Under the pieces are notes generated by a model. It searched no databases and was not told the origin of the DNA. It worked only from the letters and a program-made list of their open reading frames with translations. From an uncultured Candidatus Saccharibacteria bacterium (GTDB lineage: Bacteria > Patescibacteriota > Doudnabacteria > UBA920), in the NCBI GenBank assembly GCA_964561365.1, contig CAZLPF010000001.1, forward strand, positions 14,581 through 78,580: DNA of 64,000 nt. Direction: 5' to 3'. Positions within the stretch are counted from its first letter, which is position 1. The number at the start of each line of letters is the position of its first letter. Positions 44,687 through 55,512 of this stretch are shown one piece after another. A program made the position numbers and the translations under genes.

Positions 44687-45313
44687 TTATTGATAGCTTA
44701 TTATCTCCGAGCTATCATCGAGCTCCTTAAATAACTGAGTTGTCGAATAATTTGTATTATAGGCATCATAATAATTTATTTGGATTTTTAATCCAGGCAA
44801 TCCTGCGGACTTGGCAGCTTTTAAGAATTCCATCAAAACTAATCCTGTAACCGGTTTACCTAAATTATCTAAAACGATTGTACCTGCTTTGTCAGGCACA
44901 ACGACTGTCTTGTTTAAAAAAGTTAATATTTTATTTGAATCTAGTGGGCTTATTATTGGAGCCATTTTAACATTGCGAGCAAGACCATTCCCAACATTTT
45001 TCAAGTAAAAAAACGATTCTTGTTTATCAAAATTTGAAATTATAAAAGGGGCTCGCTGAAAATTGTATTGCTTAATATTTACTTCCTTAAGATCATGCGT
45101 CTCTTTTGTATAAATCAAAACAACAATTCCAGTAAAGGAGATAACGTAAATATTTACTTTATCTTTTAGCTCTTCATTTCCAAGAATTTGCTGAAAAACA
45201 CAAACTAGTAGGATTGAAAGTAAAAAAATTGCCCAGCTGCAAAAATCAAGAGTTGTCTTTCTTTTTAAGAAGGAATTAACTTCCCCTATTTTTTTATCTA
45301 GAAATATAAACAT
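44687..45313 (-). CDS. hypothetical membrane protein encoded by a very AT-rich (foreign-looking) gene
   Basis: ~208 aa from ATG 45313 (ORF-track TTG at 45322); N-terminal TM helices FCSWAIFLLSILLVCVF and VNIYVISFTGIVVLIY plus ~120-aa soluble C-domain with no recognisable motif; GC ~30% by eye vs ~65% in flanks; starts 9 nt after the stop of the Rcl-Nudix gene. Confidence 0.55.
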   Translation of the reverse strand: MFIFLDKKIGEVNSFLKRKTTLDFCSWAIFLLSILLVCVFQQILGNEELKDKVNIYVISFTGIVVLIYTKETHDLKEVNIKQYNFQRAPFIISNFDKQESFFYLKNVGNGLARNVKMAPIISPLDSNKILTFLNKTVVVPDKAGTIVLDNLGKPVTGLVLMEFLKAAKSAGLPGLKIQINYYDAYNTNYSTTQLFKELDDSSEIISYQ

Positions 45314-45322
45314 GTTTAACAA

Positions 45323-46357
45323 TTATTTAAAAAGCAAATTTATTAAGATTTGCTGTTCATCAAAAACAAATTTATTTGCCTTAGCTTTTATTAGTGGAAG
45401 CCAGTAGGCGCGGTCGAGGTCCCATTCGGATCGGCGGATGGGATCTTGTATTACCCCGGTGCGGTAGGTAGCTTTTCGGACGAGGGCGATGATACGGTTG
45501 TTGCCGCCGTTTCGGTTGTAGCTCCAAGTGTAGGTGCCTAAAGTGGCATCGCTCGGCGAAACTTCCACACCTGTTTCTTCCTTTACCCGTTGGGTCAACG
45601 CCTGGTCAGGGTCTACGCCAGTGGCGAGCATTTTGCCGCCGGGGAGCGCGTACTTGCCGCGGACTTTTTTTGAAACGTTCTTTCGGTCCGCGTACTTTAT
45701 GACCAGCATGCCGCGGTCTTTGTCGGTCACCACGACCTTTTGGGCAATGTAGGACCGGCTGTTTGAAGAATTTTGCATCAAATGGCTGTCGAGGTACGGG
45801 TAGCTGGTGCGGTAGTAGCCCACGGCGTCGTCTATGACGCTCAGGCTCTTAAAGATGCTCTCGCTCCCCCACCGCAGCTTCAGGTAGCTGATCAGTTCGT
45901 TAAAGTCGTGCAGGACTACGTCGCACGGGACGCTCACGAACGGGTGTACCCAGTTCCGGTGCGTGGTGCCGTTTAGGGTGAAGCTGTCTTTTACGAATTT
46001 GCTGCCGCGCGCGGCCAAACCTACCAGGGGCTTTCCGTAGTACTTGGCTATGAGCATTTCCTGCGATCCGCCGACGGAAATGTCGTCGCTCAGGTACACG
46101 AGCACCAGGTCGGCTTTGGAAATGAGGAAGCAGTCGCGGCCGAAAATGGCTTTCGGGTCGGTTTCCGGCAGGCTGCGGCCGTCCCGGGTGCGGGCGGGGT
46201 CGAGGTGCGTTACGTTCATGCTGGTAGCTGCTGAAAGGCGGCTGCACAGCTCGTCGCGCCAGCGTTCGGTGCCGAACGAAGAGTTCCCGGAGACTTTTCC
46301 GGCTACGTAGAGCGTCAGGTTTTTGGTGTCTTTCGGCATAGCTTCCGTTGACGGCAT
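45323..46357 (-). CDS. fusion protein: N-terminal nucleoside 2-deoxyribosyltransferase/Rcl(DNPH1)-like domain plus C-terminal Nudix hydrolase domain
   Basis: 344 aa; SD GGGGGTGA upstream of ATG 46357; N-domain LYVAGKVSG...ADLVLVYLSDDISVGGSQEMLIAKYYGKPLVGL (family signature with catalytic Glu); C-domain Nudix box GGKMLATGVDPDQALTQRVKEETGVEV; GC intermediate (~57% by eye); the 3' end runs into the AT-rich tract. Confidence 0.65.
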   Translation of the reverse strand: MPSTEAMPKDTKNLTLYVAGKVSGNSSFGTERWRDELCSRLSAATSMNVTHLDPARTRDGRSLPETDPKAIFGRDCFLISKADLVLVYLSDDISVGGSQEMLIAKYYGKPLVGLAARGSKFVKDSFTLNGTTHRNWVHPFVSVPCDVVLHDFNELISYLKLRWGSESIFKSLSVIDDAVGYYRTSYPYLDSHLMQNSSNSRSYIAQKVVVTDKDRGMLVIKYADRKNVSKKVRGKYALPGGKMLATGVDPDQALTQRVKEETGVEVSPSDATLGTYTWSYNRNGGNNRIIALVRKATYRTGVIQDPIRRSEWDLDRAYWLPLIKAKANKFVFDEQQILINLLFK

Positions 46358-46384
46358 TATTCACCCCCGGCTCTGTGCGGTCAA

Positions 46385-46428
46385 TTGCAAAGAAAAACCC
46401 TTCCCCGCCTGCTGGCGGGAAAGGGTTT
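46385..46428 (-). terminator. rho-independent terminator after the 46440..46991 gene
   Basis: 15-bp near-perfect stem aaacccttccccgcc/ggcgggaaagggttt with a TTTTTCTTT tract on the minus strand. Confidence 0.55.
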
Positions 46429-46439
46429 GCTCGGTTTCT

Positions 46440-46991
46440 TTAGCGGGCGTAATCGTAGCCCGGATCGTAGTCTGCGCCGCTGTCGCTCGGGTAGGTCTGC
46501 TGGTACTGCTGCATGACGCGCTCTAGGTCCCGGTCGCCGTAGTAGCCGGAGCGCGGGCCGTTGCCGCCCTTGACCATGGCAAAAATGAACAGCGCGAAGA
46601 GGATGAGCCCGGGAATGAGGACCCACATGAGGCCCTTCTTGGCTTCGGCTGCGTCGTCGGTCTGGAACGCGAACGGCGGGTACTTGTCGGTGAGGCCGAA
46701 GAAGTAGGTGTTCACGCGCGCCTGCCAGTTGAACACGCCCTTCACGAGCGCGAACATGGGGCGGGGGTAGCGGCCGGTGAACAGCACCGCAATCTGGCCC
46801 ACGACGGCGCCAATGAAGGCGCAGAAAGCCAGGATGTAAATGACAACGAGGTGCGGAATGAGCATCAGGGGCTTCACGAACCCGAGGAGCGTGGCGAGCG
46901 CGAGCCAGCGCGACGAGCTTTCCGGGTACGGGACCGCGAGCTGCACCGGGTGCTTCATTTCCGGCTGCGGGGGCATGGGTACGGTTTCCAT
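46440..46991 (-). CDS. polytopic membrane protein (DUF4389-like), unknown function
   Basis: 183 aa; 3-4 TM; Tyr/Asp-rich C-terminus; domain assignment from memory only. Confidence 0.5.
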   Translation of the reverse strand: METVPMPPQPEMKHPVQLAVPYPESSSRWLALATLLGFVKPLMLIPHLVVIYILAFCAFIGAVVGQIAVLFTGRYPRPMFALVKGVFNWQARVNTYFFGLTDKYPPFAFQTDDAAEAKKGLMWVLIPGLILFALFIFAMVKGGNGPRSGYYGDRDLERVMQQYQQTYPSDSGADYDPGYDYAR

Positions 46992-47064
46992 AGGTTTCGT
47001 TATCGGTTACCTGTTTTCTTTATTGTAGTACAGCCGCGGGGAATGTACAGCCGGAGTTGCGGGG

Positions 47065-47721
47065 TCAGCGAGCGGCGAGCGTTCGGAGGTCCGCGTTCGT
47101 CAGCAGACGTTTCTGCGCGCCGCCGAGGGCGACCGCAATGAGCGCCCGGGCGAGGCTGACGGAGGTAATAACGAGCGACGGCACCACGAGGCGCAAAATT
47201 GGGAAGAGCGCGGCCACGAACGGTTCGTACCACGGCCCGCGGTCGCTCGGGTGGACGGGGTAAATAATGTTCGGGCGCGCGATGAACAGGCGGCGCAGCC
47301 CGAGCCTTTGCAGCGCGGTTTCGGCCTCCCCCTTCACCCGCCCGAACAGGGTCCAGGCCTTTCCGCTCTGGTCTGCGCCGGCGCCGCTGACGAACACGAA
47401 GGTCAGGTTCGGGTTTACCTTTGCAATGGTTTCCGCTGCGGCGAGGGTGTAGCCGAACGTTATTTCCCGGTACCGCTGCTCGTTTACCTGGGACTGGGCA
47501 ATGCCGAGCGCCCAGATGCAGGCGTCGCTCTCTTTAAAGAGCTGCTCGAGGGGCGCGTAATCTAGAAAATTTTCGTGGCGGACTTCGGTGAGCTTGGCGT
47601 CGCGCAGGCCGAGCGGGCGGCGGACGATCGCCGTAACGGCATGAATTCTGGGGTCCGAGAGCGCCTGCCGAACCACCTCGGAGCCCACCATGCCGGTCGC
47701 GCCGGTAACAATGAGATTCAT
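47065..47721 (-). CDS. NAD(P)-binding atypical SDR family protein (NmrA/HTATIP2-like)
   Basis: 218 aa from MNLIVTGATGMVGSEV (glycine-rich Rossmann motif); the ORF-track N-terminal extension would run across a tRNA gene and was rejected. Confidence 0.7.
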   Translation of the reverse strand: MNLIVTGATGMVGSEVVRQALSDPRIHAVTAIVRRPLGLRDAKLTEVRHENFLDYAPLEQLFKESDACIWALGIAQSQVNEQRYREITFGYTLAAAETIAKVNPNLTFVFVSGAGADQSGKAWTLFGRVKGEAETALQRLGLRRLFIARPNIIYPVHPSDRGPWYEPFVAALFPILRLVVPSLVITSVSLARALIAVALGGAQKRLLTNADLRTLAAR

Positions 47722-47756
47722 AGCGTTCAGTATAGCGCGTCGGCCGAGCCTCAACC

Positions 47757-47785
47757 TTGCTTTTTTAAGCCAGTTTAGGTAAAAT
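47757..47785 (+). promoter_or_regulatory. strong sigma70-like promoter of the tRNA cluster
   Basis: TTGCTT (47757-47762), 17-nt spacer, TAAAAT (47780-47785), ~20 nt before tRNA-fMet. Confidence 0.5.
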
Positions 47786-47804
47786 GCTCGAGGTTCCCTG
47801 GTAT

Positions 47805-47880
47805 CGCGGGATAGAGCAATTGGCAGCTCGCCAGGCTCATAACCTGGAGGTTGGGGGTTCGAGTCCCTCTCCCGCAACCA
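47805..47880 (+). tRNA. initiator tRNA-fMet (anticodon CAT)
   Basis: 76 nt; C1:A72 mismatch; anticodon loop CTCATAA; T-loop GGTTCGAGTCC; encoded 3' CCA; close to E. coli tRNA-fMet. Confidence 0.85.
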
Positions 47881-47941
47881 AGCGAGCGCTCAAATGAATT
47901 GAGCGTTGGCTTGGTTTTAAGGCTCGACCACGATTACGTAT

Positions 47942-48018
47942 GCCGACGTAGCTCAGCTGGTTAGAGCGAGGGACTCATAAGCCCTAGGTCGGAGGTTCAA
48001 GTCCTCCCGTCGGCACCA
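47942..48018 (+). tRNA. tRNA with CAT anticodon (elongator Met or Ile2/lysidine type)
   Basis: 77 nt; GCCGACG acceptor; ACGTAGCTCAG D-arm; loop CTCATAA; encoded CCA. Met vs Ile2 cannot be decided by eye. Confidence 0.8.
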
Positions 48019-48154
48019 CGGGTCATTAAACCTTGCGGGCTCCGCGCGCTGGAATATCCAGCTCGCTGCGCCCTCCAGGTTTGTGCCCCTCCTCCCCAAA
48101 ATCTCCGAACGGAGTTTTTGGGGACCCCAAAGAGCCCAGAGTAGTTTTATGTGT

Positions 48155-48231
48155 GGGGGCGTAGCTCAGTTGGTTAGAGCGTCCGCCTGTCACGCGGAAG
48201 GTCACGGGTTCGAGTCCCGCCGTCCCCGCCA
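48155..48231 (+). tRNA. tRNA-Asp (anticodon GTC)
   Basis: 77 nt; GGGGGCG/CGTCCCC acceptor; loop CTGTCAC; encoded CCA. Confidence 0.85.
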
Positions 48232-48235
48232 GTAC

Positions 48236-48262
48236 AAAACCGCCCCGAACGGGCGGTTTTGT
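48236..48262. terminator. bidirectional rho-independent terminator after the tRNA cluster
   Basis: ccgccc-cgaac-gggcgg followed by TTTTGTGT; also downstream of the convergent SemiSWEET-like gene. Confidence 0.55.
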
Positions 48263-48278
48263 GTACGCACAAACGCTG

Positions 48279-48611
48279 CTAGTAGATGACCGCTCCCAGA
48301 GCGACGAGCCCGTTCATAATTATCCAGAGGGAGTAGGTAAAAATAATTGCCCGCTCCTTGTGCACAATGCCGTACGTGACCCAGACGAACGAAAACAGGA
48401 AGTAGATGGACCACGAGAGCGCCGAGACGCCCGCGGCGTTCCGGTGGGCGAAGATGGTGTAGACCTGCGGCACGGTTGAAATGGGTCCGAGCGCGCCAAT
48501 GACGAAGATGAGCCGGTCGAGGAACCGTTTCCCCGCGTTCGGGTGCGGGAACGGCTCCAGGTTTCTATAGAACCGGCGCCGCGCGTGCTGGTGCTGCAGG
48601 ACGTTACCCAT
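48279..48611 (-). CDS. PQ-loop/SemiSWEET-like small membrane transporter
   Basis: 110 aa from MGNVLQ; PQ motif TVPQVYTIF; three TM segments. Confidence 0.55.
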   Translation of the reverse strand: MGNVLQHQHARRRFYRNLEPFPHPNAGKRFLDRLIFVIGALGPISTVPQVYTIFAHRNAAGVSALSWSIYFLFSFVWVTYGIVHKERAIIFTYSLWIIMNGLVALGAVIY

Positions 48612-48745
48612 GCGCAAAATATACCACGCGCTCCCCTGCCGCGCGACCCCGGGCTTCGGGGTACGGCCGGCCACTATAGAAACCAAAACCGCCCTATTTT
48701 CGGGCGGTCTGGTGAAACCTTCAGGAGAGGTTCCGCGGGGAGCGC

Positions 48746-48826
48746 TTAGAGGCGCTTCTTCGCGGTCTTCTTCTTACCGGTCTTCTTCTTGGCCGCCTTT
48801 TTGGTGGCCTTTTTCTTCTTAGCCAT
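48746..48826 (-). CDS. putative 26-aa lysine-rich micro-protein (MAKKKKATKKAAKKKTGKKKTAKKRL)
   Basis: Not in the ORF track (<60 aa); ATG with GGGAG ~11 nt upstream; extreme Lys content from an AAG/AAA-rich tract in an otherwise GC-rich genome. Confidence 0.25.
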   Translation of the reverse strand: MAKKKKATKKAAKKKTGKKKTAKKRL

Positions 48827-48979
48827 GCTGGCTAGTCTCCCGGAGCGGTCGACTTATTTTTGGTATACCGCTCCTTAATTTCTACCGCCGGGTGTAAACC
48901 CGATTCGATAGCGAACAAATTTTTTTCCCCGCGTCCGTGTTTCTTTCGTTTCAGCGTGAGAACTACGTACGCGTCAATC

Positions 48980-49708
48980 CTACCGAGATGTGAAACTCTT
49001 GTCAAGGATTTTTTTGCCCGAGAGCGCGTCAAAAATTTTTTTCGCGTCAGATTTTGTTTCCGCGCGCGCGAGTTCGGCGCGAAAGCGCGGGCGCGCGAGC
49101 GTCCGCTGGTCGAGCGGTAAGATTTTTTTCAGCGCGACGAGCGTTTTCGGTTCGATCGTAAACTTCAGCGCGCGCGCGAAGCGGAGGGCGCGGAGGGCGC
49201 GGAGCGAATCTTCGGAAAATTTTTGCGCGGGTTCGCCGACGGCGCGGATTTTTTTTGCGCGGAGGTCGGCGAGGCCGCCCGCGTAGTCGTAGACCGCGCC
49301 AGTTTTGGCGCTCAAATATAAGGAATTGACGGTGAAGTCGCGCCGCTGCGCGTCTAGGGCCGGGCTCTTTACGAACCGCACGCGCGGGTAGCGCGACGCG
49401 CCGTAGGTCTCGCGGCGAAAGGTCGTAACCTCGGCCGCCTGGCTGCCCCGCGAGGCTCTCACCGAGCCGAAGGAGGCCGCAGACAGGTCGCAGGAAAACC
49501 CGGCGCGCGAGAGCGCGCGGGCGACCTGGCGGGGCGTCGCCTCGGTAGCGAGGTCAACGTCGGTCGGCTGCCGGCCGAGCAGGAGGTCCCGGACGAAGCC
49601 GCCCACGAAAAAAGTCCGGGGAAAGTTGTCCACAAGCGCTGCGGAAACGTCCAGCCCGAACTTTTCGAGCGAAGTATTCGGCGTGAAGGTGTACCGGAGG
49701 CGCTCCAC
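48980..49708 (-). CDS. tRNA nucleotidyltransferase / poly(A) polymerase head-domain protein (minimal CCA-adding-type enzyme)
   Basis: 242 aa; GTG start; GGFVRDLLLG and DVDLAT catalytic motifs; RRDFTVNSLY; far shorter than typical ~400-aa CCA enzymes. Confidence 0.75.
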   Translation of the reverse strand: MERLRYTFTPNTSLEKFGLDVSAALVDNFPRTFFVGGFVRDLLLGRQPTDVDLATEATPRQVARALSRAGFSCDLSAASFGSVRASRGSQAAEVTTFRRETYGASRYPRVRFVKSPALDAQRRDFTVNSLYLSAKTGAVYDYAGGLADLRAKKIRAVGEPAQKFSEDSLRALRALRFARALKFTIEPKTLVALKKILPLDQRTLARPRFRAELARAETKSDAKKIFDALSGKKILDKSFTSR

Positions 49709-50172
49709 TACTCGTTCAGGACGCCCTCGGAGGTAATCGGTCCGCCGGCGCGGTGCCGGCGGCGCTTGATGGTGTTCAGGCGCGAGAGGCTCCGCTCGAG
49801 CGAGGCGGCCACCGTGGCGTACTCTTCTTCGCTCATGCGCTGCTCGGCCAAGAGCTTTTCGGCGCGCTCCTTGGCGGCGAGCGCGCGGGCTTCGTCGAGC
49901 TCCTCGTGGTGCTCGGCGGCGTCGGCGAGTATGGTTACCGACCCGCCCGGGCGGATCTGGAGGAAGCCGCCGGCGACGTGGACGAAGCGCGGCTGCCCCG
50001 TTTCCGGAACGACGTGAACCTCGCCGGGCACGAGCGTGGCCACGAGCGGCGCGTGGTGCGGCAGCACCGTGACCTGCCCGAGCTCGGTTACGCAGGTGAT
50101 CTTGCGCACGCGCTCGGAAACGAGCCGGCGCTCGGGGGTAACGAGGTGAAATTCAAACGCGAGGTCAGACAC
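49708..50172 (-). CDS. atpC: F1Fo ATP synthase epsilon subunit
   Basis: 154 aa; beta-sandwich FEFHLVTPERRLVSERV; C-terminal helices. Confidence 0.85.
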   Translation of the reverse strand: MSDLAFEFHLVTPERRLVSERVRKITCVTELGQVTVLPHHAPLVATLVPGEVHVVPETGQPRFVHVAGGFLQIRPGGSVTILADAAEHHEELDEARALAAKERAEKLLAEQRMSEEEYATVAASLERSLSRLNTIKRRRHRAGGPITSEGVLNE

Positions 50173-50183
50173 GGGTTGGAAAT

Positions 50184-52480
<2,297 letters not shown>

Positions 52481-52619
52481 GGGTTACGCGCGGAAAGGAA
52501 CACCCACACGGTTTTCCCTTCCGCGGGCCTTCCCTTTCTGAAAGCGGTCACCCTCGGCCTGGCGAAGCCAGATCCTCGGATGGGCTTTTTCTATGGTAAT
52601 CATTTCAGCAAAACCTGTC

Positions 52620-54119
52620 TTACAGCGTTTTTACGAACTCCGCGAGCGCGGCTTTCAGCTGCGCCTCGGCTTTTTCAGAGAGGTCTCTCGTCGAGCGGAT
52701 TTCTTCGAGCACGCCGCCGGCGTTGGCCTTCAGGTAGGTCTGGAGCTTCTGTTCGGCTTCGCGGATGCGCTCGACGGGAACGTGGTCCAAGAAGCCGTTG
52801 CCCACCGCGTAGAGCGCGGTGACCTGGGCCTCGAGGGCCGCCGGTTCGTACTGCGGCTGCTTTAGGATCTCGGTCTGCCGCCGCCCGAGCTCGAGCTGCT
52901 TCTTGGTCTGCTCGTCTAAGTCCGAGCCGAACTGCGAGAAGGCCTCGAGCTCGCGGAACTGCGCGAGCGAGAGCTTCAGCTTTCCCGCCACCTTCTTCAT
53001 GGCTTTCGTCTGGGCGGCCGAGCCGACGCGGGAAACCGAAATGCCGACGTTGAGCGCCGGGCGCACGCCCTTGTAGAAGAGGTCGGACTCGAGGAATATC
53101 TGCCCGTCGGTAATGGAAATGACGTTCGTCGGAATGTAGGCCGACACGTCGCCGGCCTGCGTCTCGATGATCGGGAGCGCCGTTATCGAGCCGCCGCCGA
53201 ACTCCGCGGAGAGCTTCGCCGCGCGCTCGAGGAGGCGGGAGTGGAGGTAGAAGACGTCCCCGGGGAAGGCTTCGCGGCCCGGCGGGCGGCGGAGCAGGAG
53301 CGAAATTTCACGGTAGGCCACCGCGTGCTTCGATAAATCGTCGTAGACGATGAGCACGTCCTTGCCCTGGTCCATGAAGTACTCGCCCACCGCGCAGCCG
53401 GCGTACGGGGCTATGTACGAGAGCGCCGCGGACTCACCGCTGCCGGCCGAAACGACCACGGTGTAGTCCATGGCGCCGCGGGCTTTGAGCTCTTCGACGA
53501 TTTTGACGACCTTGCTCTCCTTCTGCCCGACGGCGACGTAGATGCAGGTAACGTCTTGGCCCTTCTGGTTCAGAATGGTGTCGATGGCCACCGCGGTTTT
53601 GCCGGTCTGGCGGTCGCCGATGATGAGCTCGCGCTGCCCGCGCCCAATGGGGATGAGCGCGTCAATGGCTTTGATGCCGGTCTGGAGCGGCTGCTTGACC
53701 GACTGCCGCGTAATGACGCCCGGGGCGATTTTCTCGACCGGGTAAAAGGTTTTGCCCGACAGTTCGCCGAGGCCGTCTTTCGGCTCCCCGAGCGCACCGA
53801 TGACGCGGCCGATGAGCTCGTCGCCCACGGGTACGGAGAGGATGCGGCCGGTGGCCTTCACGGTGTCGCCGACCTTGATCTGGCTGAAGTCGCCGAGGAT
53901 AATGGCGCCGACCGAGCGCTCTTCGAGGTTCAGGGCTACGCCCATGGTCCCCTTCCCGAAGTCGAGCATTTCCATGCTCGCGGCTTCGGTCAGGCCGGAA
54001 ATGCGCGCCACGCCGTCGGCGACCTCGAGGACGCTGCCGACGCGCTCGAGCTTCGTTTTCGGTTCGAAGGCCGCGACTTTGCGCTTGAGCTCTTGGATGA
54101 TGTGTTCTGCGTTTGCCAT
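52620..54119 (-). CDS. atpA: F1Fo ATP synthase alpha subunit
   Basis: 499 aa; GDRQTGKT P-loop. Confidence 0.95.
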   Translation of the reverse strand: MANAEHIIQELKRKVAAFEPKTKLERVGSVLEVADGVARISGLTEAASMEMLDFGKGTMGVALNLEERSVGAIILGDFSQIKVGDTVKATGRILSVPVGDELIGRVIGALGEPKDGLGELSGKTFYPVEKIAPGVITRQSVKQPLQTGIKAIDALIPIGRGQRELIIGDRQTGKTAVAIDTILNQKGQDVTCIYVAVGQKESKVVKIVEELKARGAMDYTVVVSAGSGESAALSYIAPYAGCAVGEYFMDQGKDVLIVYDDLSKHAVAYREISLLLRRPPGREAFPGDVFYLHSRLLERAAKLSAEFGGGSITALPIIETQAGDVSAYIPTNVISITDGQIFLESDLFYKGVRPALNVGISVSRVGSAAQTKAMKKVAGKLKLSLAQFRELEAFSQFGSDLDEQTKKQLELGRRQTEILKQPQYEPAALEAQVTALYAVGNGFLDHVPVERIREAEQKLQTYLKANAGGVLEEIRSTRDLSEKAEAQLKAALAEFVKTL

Positions 54120-54128
54120 AAGTGGTGG

Positions 54129-54512
54129 TTAGCGGGCCATTTGGTTCTTTAAGTCTTCAATCTGCCGTTTGAGGCTCGCGTCGAGCAGCAGGTCTCCGGT
54201 CCTGAGCACTATGCCCCCGAGCGCGTTGGGGTCCCGCCGAACCTCGGGGCTGAGCTGCGCGTTCGCGATCCGGTTTAACCCGTCCATGACCTCACCGCTC
54301 ACCTCGCCCCCGCCGGAAACCGTGACCGTGGCCGCCTGTTTTCCGGAGAGCAGGAGCGCGAGTTCGCGCTCTATGTCCGGGTAGGCGCCGAGGTCGCCGG
54401 CCTCGGCGAGCGCGGCCGCGAACCGGCCGAGCACCGCGTCGTGCTGGCTCTCGGAGACCTCGAGCAGGGCCCGGTGGAGCGCCTCGGCGTACTGCTGTGG
54501 GCTGAGCCTCAT
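54129..54512 (-). CDS. atpH: F1Fo ATP synthase delta (OSCP) subunit, short form
   Basis: 127 aa; OSCP-like C-terminus GGIVLRTGDLLLDASLKRQIEDL; ~50 aa shorter than typical. Confidence 0.7.
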   Translation of the reverse strand: MRLSPQQYAEALHRALLEVSESQHDAVLGRFAAALAEAGDLGAYPDIERELALLLSGKQAATVTVSGGGEVSGEVMDGLNRIANAQLSPEVRRDPNALGGIVLRTGDLLLDASLKRQIEDLKNQMAR

Positions 54513-54516
54513 GGGT

Positions 54517-55080
54517 CTAGGCCTTCGCGGCCACTGACTTCAGGGCCCGCTCAATGAGCTCTCGATCTTTCTCGGGGCTGATTTTCTCGCCGAGAACCTT
54601 GCTCGCGGCTTCGGCTACGAGCTCGGCCGCGTGCTCGCGGACCGTGCGCTCACCGGCCACCCGCTCGGCTTCTATCTGGTTTTTGGCCTGCACCAGGAGC
54701 CTGGCCTGTTCGGTTTTCGTTTTCTCGAGCTCTTCGCCCTGCAGCCGAACCGCCGCCGCCCTCGCGCTCTCTAAAATATCCGAAGCCTCGCGCCGGGCCT
54801 TGGTCTGCTCGGCGGCTTTCCACGTCTCGAACTCGGCTTTGTCTTTGGCCACCTGCTCGGCGGCCCGAAGCGAGGCGTCTATTTTGGCGCGCCGCTCTTC
54901 GAGGTGCTTTGAGACCGGGGTAAAGACCCAGCGCCAGAGGACGTAGAGGACCACGCCGAAGTTTACGAGCTGGGCTACGAAGAGCTTCGCCGAGAGGCCG
55001 AGGCTGCCGGCGACGCCGGTGCTGCCCGCTTCCGCGGCCGCTTCGGCCGCGTGCGCGACGGGAATGAGGAGATCGATCAT
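54517..55080 (-). CDS. atpF: F1Fo ATP synthase subunit b
   Basis: 187 aa; single N-terminal TM then long charged coiled coil. Confidence 0.8.
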   Translation of the reverse strand: MIDLLIPVAHAAEAAAEAGSTGVAGSLGLSAKLFVAQLVNFGVVLYVLWRWVFTPVSKHLEERRAKIDASLRAAEQVAKDKAEFETWKAAEQTKARREASDILESARAAAVRLQGEELEKTKTEQARLLVQAKNQIEAERVAGERTVREHAAELVAEAASKVLGEKISPEKDRELIERALKSVAAKA

Positions 55081-55163
55081 CGGGATCCTGGAGTCAATGC
55101 TTGTTTTAGGTAAGGTGCACCGTGGCCGGGCCGTTTTGCAGAACCGCCCGGACTCGCTGGACC

Positions 55164-55457
<294 letters not shown>

Positions 55458-55512
55458 TTACCTGGTGAAGAGCAGGGCGCGAGCGGTCCGCGCGCTGCAG
55501 GCACGAGGCGAG

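Noticed and set aside
47722-47877. N-terminal extension of the SDR-family ORF (MRERDSNPQPPGYEPGEL…).
   Set aside because: It is the reverse-complement reading of the tRNA-fMet gene and its promoter. The Rossmann motif begins at the ATG at 47721.
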